Below are positions 10,602-20,533 of a stretch of 64,000 bases of DNA, piece by piece (the first letter of the stretch is position 1; each line of letters begins with the position of its first letter). This DNA comes from Candidatus Latescibacterota bacterium. Lineage in GTDB: Bacteria; Latescibacterota; UBA2968; UBA8231. The stretch is from contig OZ241362.1 of the NCBI GenBank assembly GCA_965200315.1, forward strand, positions 4,544,001 to 4,608,000. Reading direction: 5' to 3'. The position numbers and the translations under genes are program-made. The notes below the pieces were generated by a model. It did no database searches and was not told the origin of the DNA. It worked only from the letters and a program-made list of their open reading frames with translations.

Positions 10602-11405
10602 TTGGGGATTACTGTGATTAAAAAGAGGCCGGTATTCGGAGATACTCTGACCCCCTACCCCATCCGCCCCAAGAAAAAGCTCGGTCAAAACTTCCTCACC
10701 GACGCCGCCGTCCTGCGCCGAGAAGTAGCTTGCGCCGACATTGCAGCCGGGGATACGGTGCTGGAAATAGGGGCTGGAATCGGCAATCTGACGCAGCTAT
10801 TGCTGGAGCGAGCCGGGCAGGTCGTGGCCGTGGAGCAAGACCGCCAGTTCGCCCCGTGTCTCAAAGAATTGCAGCAACAGCATGGGCATCTCAAGGTGGT
10901 GTGGGGCGATGCCTTGGCCGTAGATTTTCCGCGCTTTGATAAGGTAGTGGCCAACCTGCCCTATCAAGTGGCCCTGCCGCTTGTATTCAAGCTGCTAAAC
11001 CAGCGCTTCGAGCGGGCCGTGCTCATGTTGCCCAAGCGGCTGGCCAAGCGGCTGTGCGCCACCGTCGGTCAACCGGGCTATAGTCGGATTGGAGTCGCGG
11101 TTGGACGGCTGGCACAAGTAGAGTGGATCGAGCAGGTGGGTAAAGACGCCTTTTTACCCCGCCCCAAAGTCGAGAGCGCGCTCGTGCTTATCAAGCGCAC
11201 CAAGCCCAAGTTTGCCGTGCCGTCCGAGGATTTTTTCCGGCATGTCTTGGAAAGCCTCTTTACCCGCCGCCAAGTGCGCGTCCAGCAGATCGTCCCCCCA
11301 GCCGCTCTCGCCAGCCTGAGCAAGAAGATCAAGAACAAACCCGTGTACACCGTCACGCCGCGCGAGTTCGGCGCAATCACCCGCGCTTGGTGGCCGCTCA
11401 GCTAG
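10602..11405 (+). CDS. rsmA: 16S rRNA (adenine-N6,N6)-dimethyltransferase KsgA/Dim1 family
   Basis: KKLGQNFL, LEIGAGIG, GDAL, VANLPY, F.PRPKVES. Start may be GTG 10614. Confidence 0.85.
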   Translation: MGITVIKKRPVFGDTLTPYPIRPKKKLGQNFLTDAAVLRREVACADIAAGDTVLEIGAGIGNLTQLLLERAGQVVAVEQDRQFAPCLKELQQQHGHLKVVWGDALAVDFPRFDKVVANLPYQVALPLVFKLLNQRFERAVLMLPKRLAKRLCATVGQPGYSRIGVAVGRLAQVEWIEQVGKDAFLPRPKVESALVLIKRTKPKFAVPSEDFFRHVLESLFTRRQVRVQQIVPPAALASLSKKIKNKPVYTVTPREFGAITRAWWPLS

Positions 11406-12843
11406 CCAACCCCGCAAACACCTCGCGCCCCCTCCTGAACAGTTCCCGCACGTCCTCGCGCTGCTGATCGTTGTTGTAGCGGCCATACGTACCGATCCAC
11501 TTGAGCGACTCGTCGATCGAGCGGAGGAAAAAATTCGCATCTGCTTCGCGCTCGGCCGGCGGCGCGCCGACGCGGAAATAACTCGGGCTCGAATGCGCGT
11601 AAATGGACTGGTCGAAGCTGTCGCGCGAATCGCCCCACAGGCGGGCGGCAACCCAACCGTCGCGCTCGGCCCTGAAGCCGTGACGCAAGGTACCTTCGCG
11701 TCGCCCTTCGGACCATGCCCAGCGCTCGACTACTAAGCCGTTGACCACCAACTCGGCTCGCTCGATTGGATAAAACGAGCTAAAGGTCACTTCGGCCTCT
11801 AACTCCGTGCCGCTGCCGCAGTCCACAGTGCCACCCATCGGACGCCCATTGAGTGTGAGTTGCAGAGCCGGGCCGTTGGTTATGAAGGTCCGCCCTTGCT
11901 TCATCCCTTCGATCCAGCGCGCATAGGAAAATTCCCCATCCACTTGGACGTATACGCGGTTGTTGGAGCACACAAACCAATCCGTGCCGGTCGAGGCCGG
12001 CAGCCGCAGGCCGCAGTTGAGGAGCTTGTACCAGAGATCGTATTCCGGATCCATCCAAAAGGGATCGAACAGGTTGAAGGCGTCGAGTTTGCCGAGCGCT
12101 GCGGCCACCGGAGCCTCCATGCCGCGGCCGTTGTGGCACCATATAACCAAGCCGCCCTGCTCGCGGGCGTCGTCGCAGCAAAAGCACAAGGGCGGGTAGT
12201 CCGGGTCGAATTGCCCGGCGAGGGTGTGGCCGCGGCTTATGGGCTGCACGAGGTTGCGAATGTTGAGCAACATCACGTGGCCGTAGCCAAAACCCCACGG
12301 CGAATTGTCTCCGTAGTGGCGGTTCTCCTCGCCGATGTCGAGGACGTGATGGGCGGTCGTAAACTCGTTCATCACGCCGATGGGATACTTGTTGGATGCG
12401 TAGGGCAGTTGGCGGCGGTCGAGCACGCTGACGCAGGTGACGCTGTACCCCTCAACGCTGCAATCAATCCCGAGCCGCTCGTCGGGCCGGGTCTCCTTTT
12501 CGTCGTAGTGAATGTGCGTGTTGCCCGGATACCAAGCATCCTCTTGGGGACGGTACCAGCGGCGCAGCCGAATCTCCAACTCAACGCGGCCCTTGGCGGG
12601 CAACTCAACGGTCGTGCGATAGGGTTCGTACTCGGTGCCGCGCTCGACGAGTACATCCGTGCGCCCCCGGCTGCCCTCGACGGCAAACGCGCCATCGCAA
12701 AAGAAAAACGGCGTACCCGGACCGCGCTTTAGCATGGAGTTCGGCGGGTGAGAAAAGGTGCCCGAGGCGTTGAGTACGTGGACTTTGGCGTCGAGCGATT
12801 CACCGGAGACTGCGTCGACAATCGTGCCGTGCAGGGTGCCCAT
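11398..12843 (-). CDS. CehA/McbA-family (PHP-like) metallohydrolase
   Basis: GNTHIH, GEENRH..YGH, WYKLLNCG..ASTGTD, GRTFITNGP, AHSSP. Start ATG 12843 follows an aggagg RBS. Confidence 0.8.
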   Translation of the reverse strand: MGTLHGTIVDAVSGESLDAKVHVLNASGTFSHPPNSMLKRGPGTPFFFCDGAFAVEGSRGRTDVLVERGTEYEPYRTTVELPAKGRVELEIRLRRWYRPQEDAWYPGNTHIHYDEKETRPDERLGIDCSVEGYSVTCVSVLDRRQLPYASNKYPIGVMNEFTTAHHVLDIGEENRHYGDNSPWGFGYGHVMLLNIRNLVQPISRGHTLAGQFDPDYPPLCFCCDDAREQGGLVIWCHNGRGMEAPVAAALGKLDAFNLFDPFWMDPEYDLWYKLLNCGLRLPASTGTDWFVCSNNRVYVQVDGEFSYARWIEGMKQGRTFITNGPALQLTLNGRPMGGTVDCGSGTELEAEVTFSSFYPIERAELVVNGLVVERWAWSEGRREGTLRHGFRAERDGWVAARLWGDSRDSFDQSIYAHSSPSYFRVGAPPAEREADANFFLRSIDESLKWIGTYGRYNNDQQREDVRELFRRGREVFAGLAS

Positions 12844-12854
12844 AGCACCTCCTG

Positions 12855-13904
12855 TCAGTTGAGCGAATACGTTTCGTACGGGGCCGCGCAGGGGTTGCCG
12901 CGGCTGATGTGCATGCGACCTTGATCGGCCTCGATCACCACTGAAAATACGCTCGCCCAAAAGCCAGTCTGCGGATGGTCGTTGACGTGGCGGCAGATGG
13001 AGTACGGGTGCCGGTCGTGATCGCGCAGGGCCGCTTGCACCTGCGCCATGCTCACGAGCCGCTCGGGGCCGAGCAACTGTTCGATGCGGTGGTGGCGCGG
13101 AACGGATTCAATCAGCTCGGGAAATTCGCGGTTGATCGGCACCAACTCCGGGTGCAAGCAGTGGTTGGTGTGGACGACGAACTCGTCGTCGCGCAAGACA
13201 TGGACGTGGCCCAAAGTGAGTTCGAGATCGGCCGGCCCCTGAGGGGTGGCGAGGAGGACGTTGCCGGGAATGGCGCGGTCGGCCCGGCGCACCGCGGCGA
13301 CCGCGGCGCTGAGCGAGGTCTGTTCGTAGAGGGCGCGCACGGCAAAGTAGTGAGGGACGCCGACCGGGCGGGTCGGGGCCGGCAGGGTGTTCATGCAGAC
13401 GCCCATGCCGGCGTCGTTGCAGCCGATGTAGGCGATGAGGCCCGCTTGGGTGACGTTCATCAGCGCGGGTTTGCCAGTCGGGCGGCGCGTCAGCACGATC
13501 GTGAAGGGATCCAACGCGGGGTCGTTGTCCCAGTTTTGCGCGGCAATCGCCCGGCCCTCGGCGCTGCGCTTGGGAGCCACCGCAAAGGCCGTGCAGGCCG
13601 CGTCCTCCTCCGGGCAAAGCTGGTTGCGCACTTGCAAGAGCATCATCTCGTCGAGCGCGATGTCCGCGCCCTCGCTCATGCCGCGCAATTCCTCGAGCAT
13701 GTCGGGCGCGTACGCCGCCGCGCAATCCATGCTCTGGCGGCTTATGTCCAAGGCGCGGGTACGCGACACGCGCACAGTCTTGTTGACGCGCTCTAGAGCA
13801 ATGGCGGCAAAGCCGCGAATTTCGTCGCGGGCAGCCTCCCCGATCTGGCGGCCCAACTCGCGCGGCGGGCCGCTGACTTCGATGTGGCGGTAACGAGTAC
13901 TCAT
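12855..13904 (-). CDS. C45-family peptidase (Ntn hydrolase, acyl-CoA:6-APA acyltransferase-like)
   Basis: ACTAF autoprocessing site, AQNWD, HTNH, GNPC. Confidence 0.85.
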   Translation of the reverse strand: MSTRYRHIEVSGPPRELGRQIGEAARDEIRGFAAIALERVNKTVRVSRTRALDISRQSMDCAAAYAPDMLEELRGMSEGADIALDEMMLLQVRNQLCPEEDAACTAFAVAPKRSAEGRAIAAQNWDNDPALDPFTIVLTRRPTGKPALMNVTQAGLIAYIGCNDAGMGVCMNTLPAPTRPVGVPHYFAVRALYEQTSLSAAVAAVRRADRAIPGNVLLATPQGPADLELTLGHVHVLRDDEFVVHTNHCLHPELVPINREFPELIESVPRHHRIEQLLGPERLVSMAQVQAALRDHDRHPYSICRHVNDHPQTGFWASVFSVVIEADQGRMHISRGNPCAAPYETYSLN

Positions 13905-13919
13905 GTTCGCTCCTTTGGC

Positions 13920-14894
13920 TCAGGGGCGCACTTGCAGGACAACCTTGCCGATGTTGCGGTTTTGCCGCAGGATGTCGTGGGCTTCGGCCGTGCGCTCAAT
14001 GGGCAGCACATCCTCTATCACAGTGCGCATGCGCCCGTCGATTAGCAGCGGCCAGAAGCGCTCTTTGAAGGCCGCGATAATCGCGGTTTTCTCCTCGTCT
14101 GAGCGGCTGCGCAAAACCGAGCCGATCAGGCGCAGCCGCTTTTTCTGCAATTCCAAGAGATCGATCTGGGCCTCGGCACCGGTCAGGACGGCGATGATCA
14201 CGAGGCGACCCCCGGACTTGAGCAACTGCACATTGCGCGCCAAATAGTCCGCCCCCGCAATGTCGAGGATTACATCGACTCCGTCGGTGTGGGCGAGTAT
14301 GGCCGCGGCAAAGTCCCGCTCCCTATAATTGATCCCAAACTCCGCACCCAGCGCTAGGCAGTACGCCACCTTGGCGTCCGTGCCAGCCGTGACAATCGCC
14401 TTGGCCTCGGCTTGGTGGCAGAGTTGCACCGCGGCCGTGCCAACGCCGCTGCCCCCGCCGTGGATGAGCGCGGTCTCGCCCGCCCGCAAGCCGGCTTCGC
14501 GGAACAAGTTGACAAAAGCAGTGAGAAAGACCTCGCAGATGGTCGCTCCCCAAGTGAAGTCGCGCTCGGTGGGCAGGGGCAGCAAATGGGGCGCCGGAAC
14601 GGCCACGCGTTCGGCGTATCCGCCGCCGGAGAGCAAACCGAGGACGCGGTCGCCGGGCTGCCACTGCGTTACAGTCGCGCCCGTGGCGGCGACCACGCCC
14701 GCCATTTCCAAGCCCATGTAGGGAGATGCGCCCGGGGGCGGCGGGTAGTTGCCGGCGCGCTGGAGGAGATCGGCGCGATTGACGGCTGTGGCATGGATAT
14801 CTACGAGGACCTCGCTTGGCCCACAGGTCGGGCTTGGGACCTCTTGCCAGCAGAGCGAGTGGTCCACGTCATTGGCTACGATTATAGCTTTCAT
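13920..14894 (-). CDS. NAD(P)H-quinone oxidoreductase (zeta-crystallin/PIG3 family)
   Basis: VNRADLLQRAGNYPPPPGAS, IHGGGSGVGTAA, GKVVL. Confidence 0.9.
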   Translation of the reverse strand: MKAIIVANDVDHSLCWQEVPSPTCGPSEVLVDIHATAVNRADLLQRAGNYPPPPGASPYMGLEMAGVVAATGATVTQWQPGDRVLGLLSGGGYAERVAVPAPHLLPLPTERDFTWGATICEVFLTAFVNLFREAGLRAGETALIHGGGSGVGTAAVQLCHQAEAKAIVTAGTDAKVAYCLALGAEFGINYRERDFAAAILAHTDGVDVILDIAGADYLARNVQLLKSGGRLVIIAVLTGAEAQIDLLELQKKRLRLIGSVLRSRSDEEKTAIIAAFKERFWPLLIDGRMRTVIEDVLPIERTAEAHDILRQNRNIGKVVLQVRP

Positions 14895-14991
14895 GGCCTA
14901 TACTTTGACGTATTGGGAGGTGAAGCGCAAGCTTGACGAGCCGCAGGACCGGCGTAAATTTTCAGGCCGTATTTAACGAAACGCATCCAAC

Positions 14992-15498
14992 ATGACCAAC
15001 ATCGAGATCAAGGCTCACTATCGCGACGTCGAGCGCGCCAAAGAAAACCTCAACGCCCTCGGTGCGGGGATGGCGGGGACCTTCCACCAGAAGGACACCT
15101 ATTTCAACGTCGACCGCGGGCGGCTCAAGCTGCGCGAGCTCGGAATCGACGAAGGCCATCTGATTTTCTACCAGCGCGAGGATCTGGCCGGCCCCAAGCG
15201 CAGCGACTACGAAGTGGCCAAGACCGAAGACCCCGAGGGCCTGCGCAACATCCTCAGCAACATCCACGGCGTCTGGGTCGAAGTGAAGAAGACGCGCCAA
15301 GTCTGGCTGTGGGAAAACGTGCGCATCCACCTCGACGACGTAAAGGGCCTCGGCCAGTTCGTCGAGCTAGAGGCCGTGACCGAAGAGAAAGGCATCGAGG
15401 AGTCGCACCGACGCGTCGAGGCCCTAATGAGGGCACTGGAAATCACCAACGACCAGCTAGTCAAAGGCTCCTACGGGGATATCGTCGCTGCTGGTTGA
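14992..15498 (+). CDS. cyaB: CYTH-domain class IV adenylate cyclase-like protein
   Basis: NIEIKA, QKDTYF, GRLKLR, HLDDVKGLGQFVELE, SYGD. Confidence 0.8.
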   Translation: MTNIEIKAHYRDVERAKENLNALGAGMAGTFHQKDTYFNVDRGRLKLRELGIDEGHLIFYQREDLAGPKRSDYEVAKTEDPEGLRNILSNIHGVWVEVKKTRQVWLWENVRIHLDDVKGLGQFVELEAVTEEKGIEESHRRVEALMRALEITNDQLVKGSYGDIVAAG

Positions 15499-15610
15499 CC
15501 CTTCTCTACCGGCTGCCTGACGTCGAAATCGGTCGTCGCCGCGCCACCTAGCCGGACCATAAGCGTCTCCCTAGCTTCTTCCTAGCGCTCGGAGCGGCCT
15601 GTCCCTTCCC

Positions 15611-16963
15611 CTACTCAAATAACCCTTCCACCTCGTCGCAGAGCAGGGCGGCCTCTGAGGTGCTCGCGCTCTCGGCGATGACGCGGACAATAGGTTCGGT
15701 GTTGGAGGCGCGGAGGTGAACCCAAGGGCATTCGAGCTGCCCGCTCAAGTAGAGCTTGGAGCCATCGCGCACCGGGTGGATGTATGCTTGGGGATAGCGT
15801 TCGCGCAGCGCGGCAATAGCCGCGTCTAGCTGCTCTGAAGTACAAGTGATTTTGCGCTTGTCGATGGCGTAGCTGGGCAGCGCGGCGATCAGGTCTTCAA
15901 GAGATTGACCGGTATGCACCATAGCCTCCAGCACTAGGGCCAAGCCGATAGCTGCATCGCGGCTGGGGCCAATTTGGGTGACGATGACGCCGCCGTTGCC
16001 TTCGCCGCCGATGACCGCTCCCTCAGCCATCATCTTCTCCACCACGTGAACCTCGCCCACCGCCGTGAGAAAAACCGGACAGTTGTGGGCAGTGGCCGCG
16101 TCTGTGACGGCCTGCGAGGTAGAGAGGGTGGTGACGACCGGACCGGGCTGCCGCGCCGCTTGTACCGCCAGTGCGAGCGTGTAGTCTTCGCCCACGGGCG
16201 CCCCGTTCGCATCGATCAATGCGACGCGGTCGGCGTCCGGGTCGATGGCAAAGCCGATGGCGCAGCCGTTGTCGCGCACGGCTTGGCCGAGCTGGACTAG
16301 GTTGGCGGGCACCGGCTCTGGGTCGTGGGCGAAATCGCCGTCGGGCCGTGCGTTGATGAGCGTGGCTTCGACGCCCAAGGCATCTAATAGGCTCGGAATC
16401 ACCAAGGCCCCCGTGCCATTGCAGGGATCGACGGCCACTTTGAATCCGGCTTGGCGAATGGCGTCGGCATCGACGTAGTCCACAATCTGCTGGACGTGGC
16501 GCGCCACCACGGCGTCTGAGCCGATCGTTTCCAGCCCGCCGGACGCAGCGCAGCGAAACTCACCTGCGTGGAAGAGAGCCTCGACGCGCGCGCCCTCTTC
16601 CGCATTGAGAAAGACGCCGTCGGCGCGCACTAGCTTGAGTCCGTTCCAAGGGGCTGGGTTGTGGCTGGCGGTGATGATGATCGCACCCTTAGCACCAAGC
16701 GCAGAGATCATCAGCTTGGCTCCGGGCGTAGAGCACATGCCCACATCGACGACTCGGCAGCCCGTCCGGCGCAAAGCGGCGGCCGCCGCTTGGGCAAAAG
16801 CCGCTCCAGACGGGCGCGTGTCGCGGGCGAGGACGACGGCATCGCCCGGAGTCAAGGTGGAGCCAAAGGCCGCGGCAAAGCGGGCGACGACCTCATCGGT
16901 GAGCGACTGGCCGACGAGGCCGCGAATTCCAGAAATGCTGACGATGAGCGGAGCACTAGACAT
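15611..16963 (-). CDS. glmM: Phosphoglucosamine mutase / phosphohexomutase
   Basis: SISGIRG, ITASHNP, DPDADR, GGEGNGG, RASNTEP. Confidence 0.82.
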   Translation of the reverse strand: MSSAPLIVSISGIRGLVGQSLTDEVVARFAAAFGSTLTPGDAVVLARDTRPSGAAFAQAAAAALRRTGCRVVDVGMCSTPGAKLMISALGAKGAIIITASHNPAPWNGLKLVRADGVFLNAEEGARVEALFHAGEFRCAASGGLETIGSDAVVARHVQQIVDYVDADAIRQAGFKVAVDPCNGTGALVIPSLLDALGVEATLINARPDGDFAHDPEPVPANLVQLGQAVRDNGCAIGFAIDPDADRVALIDANGAPVGEDYTLALAVQAARQPGPVVTTLSTSQAVTDAATAHNCPVFLTAVGEVHVVEKMMAEGAVIGGEGNGGVIVTQIGPSRDAAIGLALVLEAMVHTGQSLEDLIAALPSYAIDKRKITCTSEQLDAAIAALRERYPQAYIHPVRDGSKLYLSGQLECPWVHLRASNTEPIVRVIAESASTSEAALLCDEVEGLFE

Positions 16964-17055
16964 GCGTTTCTCTTTCTCAGAAGCGTTATTAAAAGGGGAG
17001 AGGCGTGAGGAAAGAGAGGGGCGTTGCTATACAAACTCCTCTCACTCCGCCCTCC

Positions 17056-17898
17056 TCATAGCTTTTCGACGACGAGGGTAGCGCGGCGTTGCACCCTTAG
17101 TTGACGGGCAGCATGGCCCTGATTGACCGCCACTTCCAACAGACCAGCGCTGCCGATCAAAGCAAGCGGTGCGCCCGGCTCGACATCCTCGTACGTGCGG
17201 CACAGTTCCGTAAGCACATGGTCCCCAAGGCGGAGGTGCAGCGCGGCACCCCAAGGCGCAATGTCGGCCGCCTCAATGTTGCTCACCAAGTTGCCAAATC
17301 TGTCGATGTAGATGATGTGGCCAGCGATGCGGTCAGCCGATCTACAAGGTGCGGATTCGGCCAAGCGCACCGGATCGGCCACTGGCGGACCGATGTCAGC
17401 AAGGTCTAAGCCGCGACAGAGGTGAGCCGCTAGCGGCGCGAAGAGGTCGCGGCCTTGGAAGGTGCTGCTCGGGTTGGACCGGCCGAGGCCGGGCCGGGCG
17501 ATCTCGTGTACCCGACTATCGGCGCGGTCGAGGACGAAGCTGAAGAGACCGTTGTCCGGCCCCACCCACAAGTGGCCGCTGCTGTGGAGAGCGAGGGGTC
17601 GGCGGCTGGTACCTACGCCGGGGTCGACGACGGCTAGATGCACGGTGCCGGGCGGGAACTCGCGTGCGGCGTGGCGCAGAACAAAGGCGGCGGCCAGCAC
17701 ATCTTGAGGCGGAATCTGGTGGGAAATATCCACGAGTTGGACTTCTGGTGAGATGCCCAAGATGACCCCCTTCATCGCGCCGACATAGTAATCGCCACCG
17801 CCGAAATCCGTCGTCAGGGTGACGATTGGGGCCGGACTCTGCCTGAGTTTATTCTGCATTTTACACGCATCCCTTCCGCTTTCCAAGTATAGCGACAT
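17056..17898 (-). CDS. SAM hydrolase / SAM-dependent halogenase (DUF62) family protein
   Basis: TLTTDFG, VVDPGVGT.RR, GPDNG, TFQGRD, IDRFGN, LEVAVNQG. True start probably slightly downstream. Confidence 0.88.
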   Translation of the reverse strand: MSLYLESGRDACKMQNKLRQSPAPIVTLTTDFGGGDYYVGAMKGVILGISPEVQLVDISHQIPPQDVLAAAFVLRHAAREFPPGTVHLAVVDPGVGTSRRPLALHSSGHLWVGPDNGLFSFVLDRADSRVHEIARPGLGRSNPSSTFQGRDLFAPLAAHLCRGLDLADIGPPVADPVRLAESAPCRSADRIAGHIIYIDRFGNLVSNIEAADIAPWGAALHLRLGDHVLTELCRTYEDVEPGAPLALIGSAGLLEVAVNQGHAARQLRVQRRATLVVEKL

Positions 17899-17996
17899 AG
17901 TCCATTTGCCGCTTGCGTTCCTCTGTTGATAGCACGCGGTTCGGGCCTTAGATTTGCCACGCCCATCCTGCCTTTTGGAGCGAAAGGAAGATCGCC

Positions 17997-18598
17997 ATGG
18001 CCGTCAAAAGCCACATTGAGATAGCGCCCGGCCTCAAGGTCGCGGCCCAGATGTCCCCAGAGCCGAGCGACGAGGAGATGGCCTTTGTGCGGCAAATGGG
18101 CGTAGAATACGCCGTGACTTGGATCGATTCGGCCAAGGCCAGCCCCGAGTACTATCGCAGCCGCCGGGAGCACTTTGCCCGCGGCGGCATCCAGCTCTAC
18201 GGCTTGGGCAATAGCAGCGTCCACAACGTGGATGCGATCACCCTCAACCTGCCCAACCGCGACGAGAAAGTAGAAGAGTACAAGGCGCACATCCGCAACT
18301 TGGGCCAAGCCGACATTCCCTATACGACGTATGCCCACATGGCCAATAGCGTGTGGAGCACGCCGCCGGAAGAGACCCGCGGCGGCTCGCGGGCGCGGGC
18401 CTTTGACCTAGCGCGGCTCACCGAGGCTTCCGGCGGCGGTTTTACCGGCGAGGGGCTGACGCACGGCCGCGCATACACCGAGGAAGAGCTGTGGGACAAC
18501 TCATCCCGCAGATGGGCGACGACGGGCGGCTGGGCACGGCTTACATACTGGCGTATATGCGCGCCCTGCAAAAGAGGGCCGAAGAAGAAGTAAGGTGA
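17997..18598 (+). pseudogene. uxuA: Mannonate dehydratase with large internal deletion
   Basis: N-terminal half up to EEELWDN is joined at ~18501, out of frame, to the C-terminal IPQMGDDGRLGTAYILAYMRALQKRAEEEVR*. The HPDDPP catalytic region is absent. Confidence 0.8.
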
Positions 18599-18651
18599 TG
18601 ACTGCAATCGAGCTAGGCACTTGCCACTGAATTTTCTCAAAGGAGCTAGAC

Positions 18652-19464
18652 ATGCTAAACAAGGATCAGGTGGCGCATTATCGCGAACAGGGCTACCTCA
18701 AAGTCCCCCAGCTTTTCGCGCCCGAGGAGACCGCAGAGCTGGCCTCGGAGATGGTGCGCGTCATCGAGCAATGGGGGCAGGAGACGATCGGCTGGGGCGG
18801 CCCTTGGCGCGATCACTACCTCGACGAAGAAGACCGGCTCAACACGCGGGCCGTCTTCATGCACAACCCGCACTTTTACTCGGCTGCTTGGGGCCGCGTC
18901 CTCTTCCACGAGGCCATGATCGCCTGCGTGCGGCAGCTCATCGACGGCCCAGTGCAGTGGCACCACACGGTCCTGCATGCCAAGCCGCCGGAGAAAGGTA
19001 CGCCCTTCCCCATGCACCAAGACTATCCGTTCTACCCGCACGACGGCCCGGATTTTGTCGATTGCTTATTGCACTTAGACGACACGCCGCTGGAGAGCGG
19101 TGCGCTGATGGTCGTGCCGGGCAGCCACAAACAAGGGCCGCTGGAACACGTGCTGGGGCCGGAAACCGCCCCGCACCTGCCGCCCACCCAGTACCACCCC
19201 GATCAACTCGACAGCGTGGCCGTGCCGGCAGAACGCGGCGACATGATCTTCTTTAGCTACCAGACGATCCACTGGTCGGATTGCAACCGCACGGATTCTT
19301 GGCGCAAGTCCGTGCGCTTTGGCTATCACAGCACGGCACTGCGGCCGGTGGGGCGCGCTGAGGACAACCCACATCGCATCGACCGAGACAACGTGCTGGA
19401 GCGCAACAACAACATCGTCGTGGCCGGATTTCGAGACAACGACCTAGAGCCAGCGGCCAGCTAA
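18652..19464 (+). CDS. Phytanoyl-CoA dioxygenase (PhyH) family 2OG-Fe(II) oxygenase
   Basis: HAKPP..MHQD, GALMVVPGSH, IHWS..N...WRKS. Confidence 0.88.
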   Translation: MLNKDQVAHYREQGYLKVPQLFAPEETAELASEMVRVIEQWGQETIGWGGPWRDHYLDEEDRLNTRAVFMHNPHFYSAAWGRVLFHEAMIACVRQLIDGPVQWHHTVLHAKPPEKGTPFPMHQDYPFYPHDGPDFVDCLLHLDDTPLESGALMVVPGSHKQGPLEHVLGPETAPHLPPTQYHPDQLDSVAVPAERGDMIFFSYQTIHWSDCNRTDSWRKSVRFGYHSTALRPVGRAEDNPHRIDRDNVLERNNNIVVAGFRDNDLEPAAS

Positions 19465-19486
19465 ACCTGCGCTGAGGACGATTCTG

Positions 19487-20533
19487 ATGACAGCAAAAGA
19501 CGCGAGCGAAGTCGGCCTGATGCACGAGGCCAACGATGCCCTCGGCGACAGCACCGAGCTGCGGCGGCGACTGGACGAACAAGGGTACATCTTCTTGCGG
19601 CAGGTCATGGCCAAAGACAAGCTGCTATCCCTGCGGCAGGAGATGACGGAAGTGCTGATGGAGGCCGGATGGTTAGTCGCCGGCACCGATCCCATGGACG
19701 GCATTGCGCGAATCGACGCGCAGTGTACCGAAGGCGATCCTGAATACGCCGAGATATATCACCGGGTGTACAGCTTGGAGGCCTTCCACCAAGCCGGGCA
19801 TTGGCCGGAGGTCTTAGCCGTGATGGCGCAAGTCGTCGGTGCCCCGGTGCTGCCGCATCCCCAAAAGATCGCCCGGCTGTGGTTTCCCCAATATACCGAG
19901 CACACCACGCCCATGCACCAAGACTTCGTCCACTTCCAAGGCAGCTTCAACACCTACACCTTCTGGGCACCCGTAGGCGATTGCCCGCTGGAGCTAGGGG
20001 GCTTGGCGGTGCTGCCCGAATCTCACAAGATCGGCAAGGTGCGCGAGCACCACTTCTCGCTGGGGGCCGGCGGCTTGGCCGTAGAAGAATCCGCGCTGAC
20101 CGGGTGCTGGCTCAGTGCCAATTACGAAGCCGGCGACGCGCTAATTTTTCCGAGCCTGACCGTCCACCAAGCCCTGCCCAACTACACGGAAGATCGCCTG
20201 CGCATTTCACTCGACAACCGCTATCAGGCTCAGGACGAGCCGATTGCGCGGCACATGCTGGAGCCGCACCTGATCGGGGTGACCGGCTTTAACTGGGAGG
20301 CCTGCTACACGGGCTGGCAAAGCGAAGCCTTGCAGTACTACTGGCAGGACTTAGCTATAGAGGTAGTGCCGCAGTTGTCCTGCTGGGGCGATCAAGGGTT
20401 TGCCGAGGCCCTGTCCTTAGCGCGGGATGGCGACGAGCGGGCCTTGTACCAATTGCGGCGCATTGCGCGGCGCGATCCCGAGTCCGAGCGCGGGCAACAG
20501 GCTCTCCAACTCCTACACGAGGTAAATGTATGA
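19487..20533 (+). CDS. Phytanoyl-CoA dioxygenase (PhyH) family protein
   Basis: TPMHQD, GGLAVLPESH, TVHQALPN..RISLDNRYQ. Confidence 0.85.
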   Translation: MTAKDASEVGLMHEANDALGDSTELRRRLDEQGYIFLRQVMAKDKLLSLRQEMTEVLMEAGWLVAGTDPMDGIARIDAQCTEGDPEYAEIYHRVYSLEAFHQAGHWPEVLAVMAQVVGAPVLPHPQKIARLWFPQYTEHTTPMHQDFVHFQGSFNTYTFWAPVGDCPLELGGLAVLPESHKIGKVREHHFSLGAGGLAVEESALTGCWLSANYEAGDALIFPSLTVHQALPNYTEDRLRISLDNRYQAQDEPIARHMLEPHLIGVTGFNWEACYTGWQSEALQYYWQDLAIEVVPQLSCWGDQGFAEALSLARDGDERALYQLRRIARRDPESERGQQALQLLHEVNV

